A stretch of DNA of 64,000 bases from Dicyema japonicum (GCA_011109175.1 RDEW01000017.1:1100279-1164278), one strand, 5' to 3'; positions 39,733 through 57,779 are shown, counted from the stretch's first letter. The notes: generated by a model not told the origin, from the letters alone. Numbers and translations are program-made.

Positions 39733-41184
39733 ATGACATCCACACAATGTCCCGTACCTGGCTGTAATTCTAAAGGTCATTTATCTTCCAAATACACCAA
39801 GCACAATCTTCCATACCAATGTCCGCTGTTCCACAACCTCACTTTATCTCAATGCAAAGTTTATTACTTAAAACCTAATTTAGAAATCTCATGCAAAGTT
39901 TATTACTTAAAACCTAATTTAGAAAATAATAAATGTTCGTAATGATATCGTATCAAGCAAAAAACGGCCTCGTGAATATTATGACGTCATTCTTGACTGG
40001 CATCTTGACAAAGAACTGCTTGAAAATTCCCGTTCGAAAAGAGACACATTTTCCCTCCTTGAGTATTCACGAGAACCTCTCCTTGAAGAATATGCCACCC
40101 CAAATATGCTTTTGTTCTTCAGAAAGGCTCAAATCCAACTATCCACTAACCTAGTTTATCTTTTTTAATTATAAGCTCGCCGTTCAAAAAAACTATCAAA
40201 AGTTGAAGGAATTGTCGACAGAAGACAGGGAAGATGAATTTTGCTTGCAACAACTTCAAATGGGTGATTTCCTGTTCGATGTGACCTATTCTGCCCCCTT
40301 GCCACATAATGTATGTCTAAGTCATATGGTCTACGCTTGTGAGTTCTGCTTTAAGCTTTTATCCGACTTTGAAGCCTTTCAAAGACATGTGGTTTATCGG
40401 TAATTAATTTCAAGAGTAAATGCCCTCTCAAATGTCCCCCTGGTAGGGAAATCTACAGAAAAGGAGACATTTCCGTGACTGAAGTGGACGGAAGTGAGGC
40501 ACAGGTCGTTATAGTAGACATTTATATAGATGTATTGTCGGAACTTGTGTTTACTGGGAAAGCTATTCATTGGGCAAAAAACACTGTTGCACGACGTTTT
40601 CTGTTTTTTGTTTTACATTCTGACACAAGTGGATGATTCTGGAAGTCACTTTGTGGGTTACTTTTCTAAAAGTCTACGTTTATATTTATTTTGAAGGAAA
40701 AAAATTCAGATTTCAATCTTTCCTGCATTCTAGTAATGCCAAATCACCAAAAGAAAGGATATGGTCAGCTATTGATTGAACTGAGTTTGTTATTTATTTA
40801 TTTTCTGGCTATTCTTTGAGTCTGGCTGAAGGACGTTTGGGTTCACCTGAACGACCCATTTCTGATAAGGGGCTGATTGCTTATCGGTCGTTTTGGCAGG
40901 ATAAATTGGTGGAATTTTTGAGTAATCGAGGTCGGGCAAGGAAGTTGAATATTTCTGGTTGTCATTGATGTTTTATGAGATTTGGCAGCAAAGTCTGGGA
41001 TAAATATTAGGGATTTGATTTCGACTCTTGAAGAGATGGAACTCATAAAATGTGTTAGGGACGATAAACGGATTATTTTGTGTCCAGAGGTGATCCTTTT
41101 TACTTAAATTAGGCAAAATTGGAAAAGTATAAGCTTTCTACCAAAAAGTTATTTGATTCTGAGTGCTTAATACTTTATAAATGA
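39733..41184 (+). CDS. KAT7: MYST histone acetyltransferase with N-terminal C2HC zinc finger (KAT7/HBO1-like), 8-9 micro-introns
   Basis: [21 protein letters not shown] finger; [54 protein letters not shown] and GSPERP; local splice anomalies are described in findings. Confidence 0.9.
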
Positions 41185-41250
41185 TTTGGGGTTATTGTAC
41201 ATAATATTTGTTCTTTTGGGGTTTCAATTTATTAATATAAAACAAATATC

Positions 41251-41560
41251 GAGTGGCATAGTGGTTAGGTGTCGGCTAAAGTGACTTAGGCTACGGGTTC
41301 GATTCTCGCTGCTGTTCACCTGGTGGAAGGTTCCACGCATCTACTATGCCAAAAGGGTTTGACGAGTGACGCCGTCATCAGTGGATACTCACTGCGGAAC
41401 TGGATTGTCTAGAAAGGACCCACACACAAGAAAAAGAAAATAGAGGTGAAGATCATTTTTTGGTTCTACGATTAACTGTTTTTTACTTAAATAAAGTGTG
41501 TGTCCTGCCTATGCGGAGCTATAAATATTATGGCTCTCGTGAAAAGGCTATTAAAAAAAC
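41251..41560 (+). mobile_element. tRNA-derived SINE with an RTE-LINE-type 3' tail (family A)
   Basis: A box tggcatagtgg (41254) and B box ggttcgattct (41296); tail ctataaatattatggctctcgtgaaa shared with LINE ends; other copies at 42897-43077 (-) and 61875-61948 (-). Confidence 0.8.
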
Positions 41561-41859
41561 AAATATGGTAAACACTTTCACGACATAAATGAAAGCGATT
41601 GGTCTTAATAGCTGCTGGTTCACTACAGGTGGCGAGTAATCACGTAGAAAACGACATTAATGGTAGACCTATTATGATATTCGCAATTTATGTTTGGTGA
41701 AGGCCGGGATAACCTGGTTTTTTTATTCTGGCTTTGACGGCGGTTTTCTGGTTCAATAAACTTAGAAAAATGTGATTTTTAATCAAAAATATTATATAAA
41801 TCAAAAGTAATAGTCAAAAAAGTCAAATTTTATTTTTTATAGGACAGTAAATATACTTT

Positions 41860-42702
41860 TATTATGAGTTGATTTACGCAGACGATCTGGACTTTGTATC
41901 GGATATTCTGAATTTCTCAAGTACATAAACGAACATCTTCCTAACATTTTCCAAAAATGGTTCTTGAAGATAAACACTGACAAAACGGAATTTACATCAT
42001 TCAGCCGTGCAGAGAGGATATCCGACGAGACGTGGAGAAGACATAAAAAGGTCGGATCGCTCATGTGGGACGAGGAAGATGTAGCTCGACGGAAAATCCT
42101 TGCAACTGTGCTTTCAGAAGCCTATCTAAAATATGGAGTTCGGGAAGAAGACTTTGTGGAAAAATAAAGCTTATGATATACAAATACTTTGTTGTGCCCA
42201 TTCTAATATATAACTGTGGGACATGGGGTTTGTCTAAACGGGCAATGGAGTCTATTGACAGTTTCGACCGCAGTATGCTCCGGAAGGCACTTAATATTCA
42301 TTACAAAATGAAAATCAATAACGAACAATTATATAAGTTGAGCAAAACAGAACCATTATCCATAGAAATCAGAAGATCGAGATAGAGACTGTTCGGTCAA
42401 ATTCTGAGGATGGACCTGGATGTCCCGGCAAATCACGTAATAGATGAATATTTCATGGAAAAAACAAAATCATTCCGAGGAAGGCCTAGAACAACCTTAC
42501 CTATCACGCTAAATGAGGACCTAAAAGCCATAGGCAGGAAGTTGAAAACAATGGATGACCTCGATGAACTAAGAGATCTTGCGAAACGGAGAGGCCTTTG
42601 GATGCGATTGGTGCAAAGGGTGGCCGGCGCGGCACAAGGGAATTTTAATTGACTTTTGTTTTTTTTCATGTGTTCTCGGCAGTGCTGATAATAATAATAA
42701 AT
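41860..42702 (+). mobile_element. RTE-like LINE 3' fragment with (TAA)n tail
   Basis: YADDLDFV, LKINTDKTEFT, LIYNCGTWGL and FRGRPRTTLP motifs; gataataataataa tail. Confidence 0.9.
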
Positions 42703-42896
42703 ATACTTTTATTAAGGAAAGATAAGAGACTAAACGGTTATATAGCGGCCGAATAAATCAGCTGACCAAGGATCTCATCATTATGGGATTTTAGTCGATT
42801 GTCTCCAAGAGACTGAGCTAAGTAGAGATTTAAACGAACTAGTGAGACCATATAAGTTAATCTTCCTTAAACAACAATGTTGACACTATGAACAAG

Positions 42897-43077
42897 GTTT
42901 TTTTTAATAGCCTTTTCACGAGAGCCATAATATTTATAGCTCCGCATAGGCAGGACACACACTTTACTTAAGTAAAAAACAGTTAATTTTAACTAATCGT
43001 AGAACGAAGGAATGATCTTCACTTCTTTTTTTCTTTTTCTTGTGTGTGGGTCCTTTCTAGACAATCCAGTTCCGCAG
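42897..43077 (-). mobile_element. 5'-truncated copy of SINE family A
   Basis: Reverse complement of 41392-41560. Confidence 0.8.
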
Positions 43078-43859
43078 CGATCCATAAACCCACTCGATCC
43101 AAAAGTGCTGGAGTTCAGTGACAGAATAGCAGTATTGCAATTAACGACTGGAAAAAGCCTCTAACAATTATTAAAATATAGGTTGAAGTTGACAATTTTT
43201 ACTCTAATCTCGTTGTGGTGATGGGGGAAATACGTGCTTCCTCTTCACTTTCTTTGCGGGTGATTGGAACGTAACATCTAGTAGAGATGAAGATTTCAGA
43301 GGAATGAGAAACAACCTTAATTGTACTAATCTGACTGACTTTTGTGCATTTGATCTTTTTCTGTTAACATGGAATTCAAACATCCGGCGAGACATGTGAC
43401 TTTTTGGGTGGGACAATCTGAAGTCGGTTGTTCAGGTGAACCGATTTAGCGTGACAGTATGTGGTCTACATATTCAAAAGGAGTTGGAAACGCCAGGGAG
43501 CACCTAATGCTCACCAAAAATGACCACTAGACCCCCTCTTCCCAGGATCTGGTTGTAGAAATGATCGGTGGTTTCCTCGTGAAAAGTACCATTTCGTATG
43601 ATAGATCTCTACATGATTTTTTTATATCTGTGACGACGTATCACAGATTATAAGTAAAACTTATTATTATAAGCACTCATCGCCTTGCCATAATGGTTAT
43701 AGCAAGCACGTGCAACACAAGAAACAATGTTATTAGTTAGCCTTACATCCTCCACGGTTACACGAAATCGATCTCAGCTCTCCCAGATTGTATCCCGTCT
43801 TTAGGCATTTCCTCACTCTTTGGAAGTCTTTGTGCAGTATGATAGGAGTTGTTATCCTT

Positions 43860-45830
43860 GGTCAGCCACGGAAGCATTTCCCTCGAACATGAAGTGATCT
43901 TCGCCACATTCGCTGGGTCAGCGAGATCAATACAAAGAATGTGGTCAAACAGTCTTCATCAGGCAAAATGTCGCCAACGTTGATCAAGGTGTTGTCCATT
44001 CGTTTGATTTCGGTTATTTCCCGGTTTACGATTAGGGACAATTCACTTAATTTGTCTGGTGCATTTTTCAGTAGATGTGAGAGAGCTTCTGTATCCTCTG
44101 ATATGAAATCCACATCATCCGCGTACACGATTTCCTTTATTTTTCCTTCGTAGCACGTTCTTAGATCCCTAAGTGCGACTTCGAGATTTATCACAAATAG
44201 TAGTGGAGAGAAAATCTCCCTGATGACTGCCAATTGTAGTTTTGAAAGGCCTAGGTATAGTTCTTCCAATCCTGACTGACAGATCAGTACTAGATAGCAG
44301 TACTCGGATAATCCTTTGTAACAATTTGGTCAACAAATTGTCGTAGGGCATCCATTAGCTTTTGTCTGCTAAAAGCGTCGAAAGCTCTTGACATATCGAT
44401 CCCCATGATGGTCGTGCCATTTTTATATTTTTGTTGCACACCGCCACCTATGGTTGCCACAAAACCTTCCTTCACGAAATCCGCTATGGCTTGCTGAGAG
44501 TATTTTCTTGGACCAAAGCAATAACCTTGCGTATTGTGATTAACAATAATACTGAACGTAGGCTTTCTAGTAATCCTTTTAGTTTGTTAGGCTTTAGTAT
44601 ATCAATATACCTTTTTCCAGGGGTCATACCGAGTTAGATGTAAACATTCCATAACGAGTCTGGGTGGCCCAGTGACATGTTTCCAGCTGTCTATTGTCTC
44701 ACTCCAAGGTGTGTGTTCAAGGCAAAGCAAATAATACTTCTAGTCTGGTCCCATAGGTCTTGTATAGTCATATTAGTCGGTAGTGTATTTAGGTGGGTCT
44801 CAATATGCTTTTGGTAATTTACCTCCACCAACGGCTGAGAGCAGAGCTATTTTCGGTGCCTGCGTGCGTGGCTGATTCGTTGAAGTTTTATGTTTGTTTG
44901 TCTGTTCCTCCTCTCTCTTCCTATTAGAGTGGCGTCATGTGATCCATCTGTCTAGGTGGCGCCCAGTGCATGGCTGGCACGAAAAAGGATCATTTATTCT
45001 TCCCCACTCAACTGGAGGGGTTTCACAACTGCAACTATGGACGTCTTTTACCATTTATGTTGATTCGGATGAACTCTGTTTCTGAGAAGTAGAAACTGGA
45101 TACACTTAATTAGTTGTTTACTTTAACTTCTTTCTCGGTGTATCCAAGGTTAATAAATTAATTAAATTATACATGGTTAAGGTAAGGCGGTGGCGCTTTG
45201 GTTAGGTTCGGGTTCTTTCTACCAATGTAGTATTTATTCAGGCAGAACTTGCCAATTACCATTTTATTGTCACTATTTATCATCGATCCTCCGTAAGAAC
45301 GGACATTATGAAGTTGGGGTTTGCCCTTAGTCCGACAAATGATGTGGTCAAGTTGATTTAATATATTGACACTTTCGTTTTCAGAGTTCTTTCTATGGTC
45401 AGTCCATGTGCTCCTGTGGCGAGCTGGATGCATAAAGTCAGTGTTTCCGAGGAATAGATCATTCACTAGCCAGTAGTGTTCCCGGAGTGTTTTTCCACTC
45501 CCGTCCATATCTGCCGATGAACGATTCCTTTCCATCGCGTCGTATCCCAACTTTTCGTTAAAGTCTCCGGCAATTAATATCAGCGATAAATTTTCAGTTT
45601 CTGAGTAAGTCCTTAATAATTGGCAGAAGTCATCCAGTTTTTCAAAAATCTACCACTATGTGAGTATACACGTTAATGATTGTCATGTAGCTTTTGGAAG
45701 GGTACATGTCATTCATCCTGATTTTCAGGAAATTGATATATTTGAGAAAACAAGGTAATCATGGACTGCAATACCTTGTCCTTAATGTTTTTATTCTCGA
45801 CTAAATAACCCACAATCGTCTGGTTCGAAG
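43860..45830 (-). mobile_element. Degraded RTE-like LINE (APE endonuclease + RT)
   Basis: LIAGDFNEKLG, NQLDHIIC and SDNKMV (APE); DMSRAFD, SPLLFVINLE and VYADDVDFI (RT). Confidence 0.85.
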
Positions 45831-45990
45831 CCAGACACCTGATCCATTAGGCCTTATCCAGTTAACCTTGGGTTCAATTTTTTAACATTCTTCAAATTAC
45901 AACTGAGAATTTCATGAAAAATATTGAAAAATAATTAAATTTGTAATAAAAATATATCTTATTATAAATAAATAAATAAAATTATTAAAG

Positions 45991-47753
45991 ATGCAACCTG
46001 GTGATGTGGATCCTCGAATACAAAGTTGTGGTAAGTAATATAATTTAGTGAAAATGGCTCGTAAATTTGACTTAGAAGAAATTTTTGAGCAAGCAAAATA
46101 CGGAGCTATTGAAAGATGTCGCAAAATTATTTCCCCTCGTCAAGAGATAGAATCAGATAACGAACCATCCCTCGAGGAAGCACAAAATGAACTTTATGAT
46201 ACCCACAGAGAATCTGAGGACGAAAACTATGATAATGAAGACAGTGAAATCGATTTTTTACCTATTCCATGCAGCAATGTGGCTCAAATTTGGCATGGAA
46301 CGAAAAAGGTATCAGCAATCTCAATTGATTCTTCTGGTGCCCGCATGGCTTCTGGGGCGTACGATTCTGACGTCAGATTATGGGATTTTGCAGGAATGGA
46401 TTCTTATCTCAAATCTTTCCGCACTGTCGAATTATTTGAAAAGTTGTTATTTATCCATAAATGTAGGCAAAACGTTGGACAGGTTCGGTACAGCCACGGG
46501 GGTGAACTACTTCTGGTTTCTGGAGGTGCTCATATAGTCCAAATTCTTGATCGTGAGGGGGAAATCTCTTATACTACTGCAAAAGGATTTCAATATATCA
46601 GTGACGTCAGACAAACAAAAGGGCACATTTCTGTCATAAATGACTGTTGTTGGAATCCATTCGACAGAAATGAGTTTATCAGCTCAGCCAATGACGGTTC
46701 GCTCAGAATTTGGAAAATCGAGACTGTTGAGGAGAGACACCACAAATGCATCAAAATTTGTCCTAGGAATAGAGTTTCTGCGACATGCATAACTTACAGT
46801 TCTGATTCTAGACTTTTGTTGGATGGAACCGACACTGGTATTTTACAAGCATGGGATAAGAGTTCTACTATGGTTGAATTACTTATATAATTAAAGATTA
46901 CTCCAAAACTGAGTATAGAACGTGCCCATATGGGTGCTGTGACATCATTGTGTCCTTCTATCGATGGTTATTCTATAGCAAGCAGGGGACATGATGATAC
47001 TGTTAAGTTATTCGACATCAGAAAGTTCAGAGAACCCATTTTCATAGTAAATGATTTGGACAATTGTTGTCCTGCGTATATTTGTTTATGAATCGTAGAA
47101 CTGATGTGTTATTTTGTCCCAAGGATTCATTGATTGTGACAGTAACTCAAAATCCTCCTCAGATTGTATTTATCGACAAAGCAACGGGGGAAATTGTTAA
47201 AAGAGTAGATATGGATAATGTATCTTAATTATAATTTATTCATAAGGCTGCTACGAGGGTATTATGGAATGAAAGACTGAATCAGATCGCCACAGCACGA
47301 TTTGATGGATCTGTTAGAATCCATTATGACCCTCGTTCTTCCTCTAAAGGAGTTGTAACGTCGCTAAATAAGAGGATGAAAAAAGCAAAGATGGCTGAAT
47401 ATGTTAAGAGAGACCACGTGCTAACTCGTTTGTTCCTTGTCTTATTTATAGCTCATGCACTCCCTATTTTTGAGGACAAAAAAGAACGTAATTTAATTAT
47501 TCGAGAGGAAAAGATTAGAAAAAATGCTATTACTAGTTGCAAACCCGATCCTCCTATTGATGGGACTGGAGTGGATGGTAGACTGGGGACTCCAGGGGCA
47601 ACACTTGTGCACAATTTGCTTAGGAAGATTGCTGTTCAGGTGAAGGAACCTGATAATTATGATATTCGTGCTGCCATTCTGAATCAAGCCGAAGAAGCTG
47701 AAAAAAATCCGATGTATATTGCTCCTGCTTACAAGAGACAGAGAAAGGAGTAA
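45991..47753 (+). CDS. WDR70: WD repeat-containing protein 70, 6 micro-introns
   Basis: ARKFDLEEIFEQ, HGTKKVSAISIDSSGAR..WDFAGMD, KGFQYISDVRQTKGH, TPHALPIF, KPDPPIDG.G..GR and AEEAEKNPMYIAPAY; splices without frameshifts. Confidence 0.93.
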
Positions 47754-48257
47754 CACTAATATTTTTGATTAAACTGTTTTCTTGTTTATTGAATTTTCTC
47801 AGTATACATAATTAATACTGAAAAGCAATCTTTAGAACATTTACTCAAAATAAATAACTAGGTTTTCGATAACATGGAAATCGATATATCCAAGTTTGAA
47901 TCAATAGTTAATCACTTTTGAAATTTCTTGATTATCCAAAATGTTACTATTTTTACTTTTTAGCATATTTCCTTATATAAAAATTCACTTAAGGAACTCT
48001 ATCAGGACAAATTATGAGTTAATCCTATCAATAAAATAAATTTATTATTCAGCAAAATAATTTATAATTTGTTTTTTATAACACAACTAATTTTATTAAA
48101 AAACAACAGTAAACATAGTGAAAAAAACCCATAAAAACTATTTATTGAAAAATTAAAGTAAATTAAATAAATTTGTAAAATAAAAAAAATATTTAACTAT
48201 TATTTAATAAAAAAATTAGGCAATAAATAAACCTAACAAGGGTTGGTTCCTCTTTGT

Positions 48258-53093
<4,836 letters not shown>

Positions 53094-54059
53094 AATTTAG
53101 ATTTAATAACCATTGTTTAAGCATTTTTGTCCCTTTTTATTAGCTTTCTCACTAAATAACTGTCAAACCATGCTTAAAGAACTATATTAGATAATTTTAT
53201 TATCATTAGTATAAGTGATCTCTCGATTGAAATCACAGAAGCTAGAAGGAGGATCTTTGGACAAGTTCTGAGTATGGAAATGAATGCCCAGAAGTACGGC
53301 TTTTTGGGATAAAAAACATAATGTCAGATATAGAGAAACTGATACCACAGTTAAAGAGAGTTTAAGAGACACTTCCGTACTACCCATGAATTTTGTTCAG
53401 GTTTCTCGGGCTTATGTGAAAGACCACTGAGTCGATAAAACGTCTTGTAAGAGATGCACGAGGGCAGAAGCTGTTTCCTTGATTTTTCAGTGGGTGGATG
53501 GAAATCGGCTTAGTGGGCCAGAATACCACCCCTAATATGCTTTAACTGCTAATATTTCGGATCAGTGCATGACTTTGGAATGGGGTAAAGAGATGTTTCT
53601 ACTGTGTGGACCACATAGTTCACCGGAATGCCCGGAACCGAATAATAGATCTTGTATCAACTGCAGATCCTGAGATCACGGAACGAGTTATGTTGGCTGT
53701 CAGATGGCCAGAGAAGCCATCGTCTCTACAAGAAGAGAAACTGACTGTCATGTGTCGGGAACGTGGAGGAGAGGAAAAAAATCGTCCTTCCCCACGTTAC
53801 CTAGATACAAAGTAAAATAAAAACAAGCAGGATATCAGAACCAAAAATCGATCTCTAAACTCTGATATTGGGAATCCAAAATGGAAAAAGTCAATTGTGG
53901 ACAATGAATACCTGGATGAGAAGTTAAAATGTCTTGTTGGAAGCCTATTTCGAGGGTCTCTGAAATAACATCAAGTGTGATAAATTGAATTTAAATTTAC
54001 TGAACGTCGTAGTTCTGGTCTTGAAGAGATCAGGCAGTCAAGACCTGTATTCCGAAACA

Positions 54060-54700
54060 TAAGAATCATGATCGTGAATGCCCGAATCAATCTTGAGGAG
54101 GCATCACGAGCTAGCTTACCTGGCAAAGACCAAGGAGGCAGATATAATAATTGTCAACGAAACAAAGATAAAGTCATATGATACTTCAATACTCTCGAGT
54201 TTCGAATCTGTATTTTTACATTGGAAAAAAGGGTTATACCAGAGATAGGGACAATTTTTTATATGTGTCACTTAAAGACTGGAATCCGAGAATTGTAGCA
54301 TCAGTTTTTGAGAGTTTGTCGCCATTTATGTTTTTGTCGACGTCTAGGTCATCATTTGCAATCTGTATTCAAAATCCTTGAGAGAATATACTGGAGAGAT
54401 ATCTGAGTTCCTTCGTGAAAACTTGATGGCTATTCAGGGAGGGGATCTCAACTCCAAAAGTACGTCCTTTGGTTGTAAGAAGAAAATCAGGGATAGCAAG
54501 CTCCTGAAAAAGCTATCTGAAGGCCTTGAGGTAAAATTCCTAACGTCAAAAGAGGATAATCACTTTTTTAAACCTCTGTGGTTCTCCACGATAGCTCCAT
54601 TCAAAGAGGTACCGGAATTGGAGGACCTGGTGGTCCTGAATGATTTATATTTACATACAAGAATTGCTGTGACAACAACTGAAAAAATACTTTGGATTAT
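54060..54700 (+). mobile_element. Degraded APE endonuclease remnant of a LINE
   Basis: IMIVNAR, ADIIIVNETK and GGDLNSK motifs with stops. Confidence 0.55.
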
Positions 54701-54841
54701 TCCTTCCCTTCTCGTCCCATATGAGCAATACATGTGTCTTTTGTGAACTAAAAATAAATCTACCACAATAAATCGCTATGTCATGATTATCGCTATGAAA
54801 AAATAATTTATAATGCTACAGCGCCTACAACAAATTAACAC

Positions 54842-56046
54842 ATGGACTCATTTCTGACTGAAGTGCAGCAAGAAGAACTTTCATGTATAGCTGACAGACT
54901 TGTTTCGAATGGGTGTGGTATTCTAGCTGCGGATGAAAGCACGGGAACTATTGGTAAACGCTTTTCATCAATCAACTTGGAAAATAATGAACAGAATAGA
55001 CGTGCATATCGACAGCTTCTCTTTGAAACATCGGGAGAGCTAAATAAATACATTTCCGGGGTCATCATGTACGATGAAACATTCTGGCAAAAGTCTGACA
55101 ATGGAACATCATTCCCTGATCTCCTCAAACAAAACGGAATTTTGACTGGAATTAAGCTTGACTTGGGGGTTATTTCAATAAACGGAGTTGAGACCACCAC
55201 CCAAGGTTATAGAGAGAATAATTAATAGGATTTGACTATTTGGATAAGAGGTGTGCAAAATATAAAGAGAATGGTGCTGACTTTGCAAAATGGCGGTGTG
55301 TTATCACAATCAGTGAAACCACGCCTTCACAGTTTGCAATAGATATGAACAGTTCTGTATTGGCTTGGTATGCTAAAATATGCCAGAGAGTAAGATTGTG
55401 GTTGCATTCTATATAGAATGGATTGGTCCCCATAGTTGAACCTGAAATACTCTGTGATGGATCCCATTCTCTTGAAAGATGCGAGAATGTGACAACGAGG
55501 GTTTTATTTTTATTTAGTTTTAGGTTTTGTCGTGTGTTTACAAAGCTTTAAACGATCAGGGTGTGTTTTTGGAAGGAACTCTGTTGAAACCTAACATGGT
55601 TACTTCAGGAATGCAGTCAAATCCTCAATCTACAGCAGCTCAAAACGCGACTGCGACTTTAAGGACTCTAAGTAGAACTGTCCCATCAGCTGTTCCAGGT
55701 TCTTCATTTCTACTACGAAAGGGATTGTTTTCCTTTCTGGTGGATACTCAGAATTCAACGCGACACAAATTTTAAATGAGATTAACAAACAAGCTAACAG
55801 CAATAGAAGAAAGTATCCTTGGGCTTTGTCATTTTCTTACGGACGGGCTCTTCAGTCTTCAGTTATCAAAGCATGGAATGGTCAACAGGATAATGTAACC
55901 AAAGCCTCAAGTCAATTATTATTGCGAGCAAAGGTAAATCATTTATTGACGATCAGGCATGCAGTGAGGCAAGTCAAGGAATATATTCTTCATCAGCTGA
56001 CGAATCATCTAAGGAAAGTCTATTCGTTGCCAAACACGTCTACTAA
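54842..56046 (+). CDS. ALDOA: Fructose-bisphosphate aldolase class I; introns 55206-55228, 55390-55416, 55501-55523, 55699-55721, 55934-55956
   Basis: [44 protein letters not shown] (Schiff-base Lys), FSYGRALQ and C-terminal ..VAKHVY*. Confidence 0.97.
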
Positions 56047-56719
56047 CCTCAATTAACAATCATTAAATTAAAATTTTTGTGGTTATGCTTTTGATTTTTT
56101 GTTATAAATTTTACAAGTTTTTTTCACAGAGACCATTGTAAAATCTCAAGAAAACATAGCTTGAGCGAGATTGCATATAATACAGAGGACACTGAAGTGA
56201 GACTACACATATACATTAGTAAAATCTGTGATGTTGCACACCGTGAGTACGTGGGCCTGCACGGAGACAGAGTCAGAAAAATCGACTCTTTTAACTGCAT
56301 ACAACTGAGACAAACATTGTCCTGTCGAATATGCTCCAACCAAAATAGTAAACAGAACTGTGCACGGAAGCAAAGCTAGCGTGGATATGGATGATTTTTT
56401 TTCTCTGACGCTTTTCGATTCCGTGTACGACCACCCTATCTAGAACCTCCAAAAGATTGGGAAATATCTCATAGAATGAAAGGACTATAAGAGCTTTCCT
56501 GTGAAAGATGTTGTTAGTTTCTCGGATCGTCTATAAAAACCATAAGTGAATTAATATAATAAAATTTTACTTTTTATGTGTGGAATGGGAATTATAGAAA
56601 ATGGAAGATTCAAAGAATTGTTTGAAATTAATAGATAAAAGTTTCCAAGGAGGATATGTAGCGTGGGAATGTTAAGACTTAATTTAATAAAATTGTTATT
56701 TGAAATTGATAAATTAATT

Positions 56720-57200
56720 GATAGATCTCGACATTCGGCAATGAACGGCATTATTAAGAGGGCATTAGAATCGGCTGGATTCCGTTGCCGGATCGAACCG
56801 ACTGGTTTATTTGACAACGGAAGACGCCTTGACGGCATGACCTCCTTTCCTTTCGAGCGAGGGCGAAACCTTGTATGGGATGTGACGCCCCAAGCAAAAA
56901 AAATAATTCACCGGGCAGACCTTCTTCTCAAGCAGAGGAAATGAAAAATGCTAAGTATTCGGATATCAGCGACAGGTACATTTTCGCACCTGTCGCGATT
57001 GAAACTTCGGGGAACTTTGGCCCTAAAACGCTGAAGTTCCTGAATCATCTTGGAAAACTACTATCCGACAAAACTGGTGATCTTCGTGAGACGAGATGGC
57101 TCAAGGAGAGGCTCTCGTTGGCTGTTGTCCGTGGAAATAGCTTATGCATCTCCCAACAGATGAATAATTAAAATTAACTATTCTTTTTCCTTATAATAAA
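56720..57200 (+). mobile_element. CRE-like retrotransposon 3' end (restriction-like endonuclease)
   Basis: RHSAMNGII..EPTGL..RRLDGMT...LVWDVT; KNAKY..FAPVAIETSG...LKERLSLAVVRGNS. Confidence 0.85.
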
Positions 57201-57285
57201 ATACGTTTTAATTTAAAAAAAAAAATAGATTAAAATTAGTTTAAGGTTCAAGGATAGGAAACCACAAAAATGTAATCATTTGCGC

Positions 57286-57506
57286 ATGCGTTGGTGGTTT
57301 AGTTTAATAACCCCGGGAACACCGAGAAAGAAAGACAAAAGAGTCAAACAGTTAGGTGATCCCAGTCCTCGCAATCAATTGCGCCATTCGACGTTTGTGA
57401 TCTTCCATCGTCCCCACTACTTTCGGGAAGAGCCTTCTTTCGGTTTTGTCCCTCTTTCTCGGTGTTCCCGGGGTTATTAAAATAAATAAATAAATGCGTT
57501 GGTGGT
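57286..57506. mobile_element. Two LINE 3' ends joined head-to-head within a 13-bp target-site duplication
   Basis: 29-bp perfect inverted repeat 57303-57331 / 57453-57481; direct repeat atgcgttggtggt at 57286 and 57494; left arm encodes MEDHKRRMAQLIARTGIT* on the minus strand. Confidence 0.75.
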
Positions 57507-57779
57507 GGGCCATGTGACATATTAAACTTATAGGTCTTTGCTAAATAAATCACCTTTGGTTTTCTTGGTTTAGATATCTAGTTTCTGATAATCCCCTGTA
57601 TCATCTTGTGACTTTCCAGCTAACACTATCTTGAGGTCTAGTTTTTCATGGCCGATCGACCTCCCATCTTGGTTCTTTGCAGAATCGAAAAATCCAATTC
57701 CTACTATAGAAGAATACCAAAGGCTTCAGTTGATAATAAGTTGATCAAGTTATTTTTTTCAATCTTTAAAGAGGAAAAC

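Noticed and set aside
41251-41325. Functional tRNA gene
   Set aside because: A and B boxes are present but no convincing acceptor or anticodon stems; it continues into a repeated SINE body
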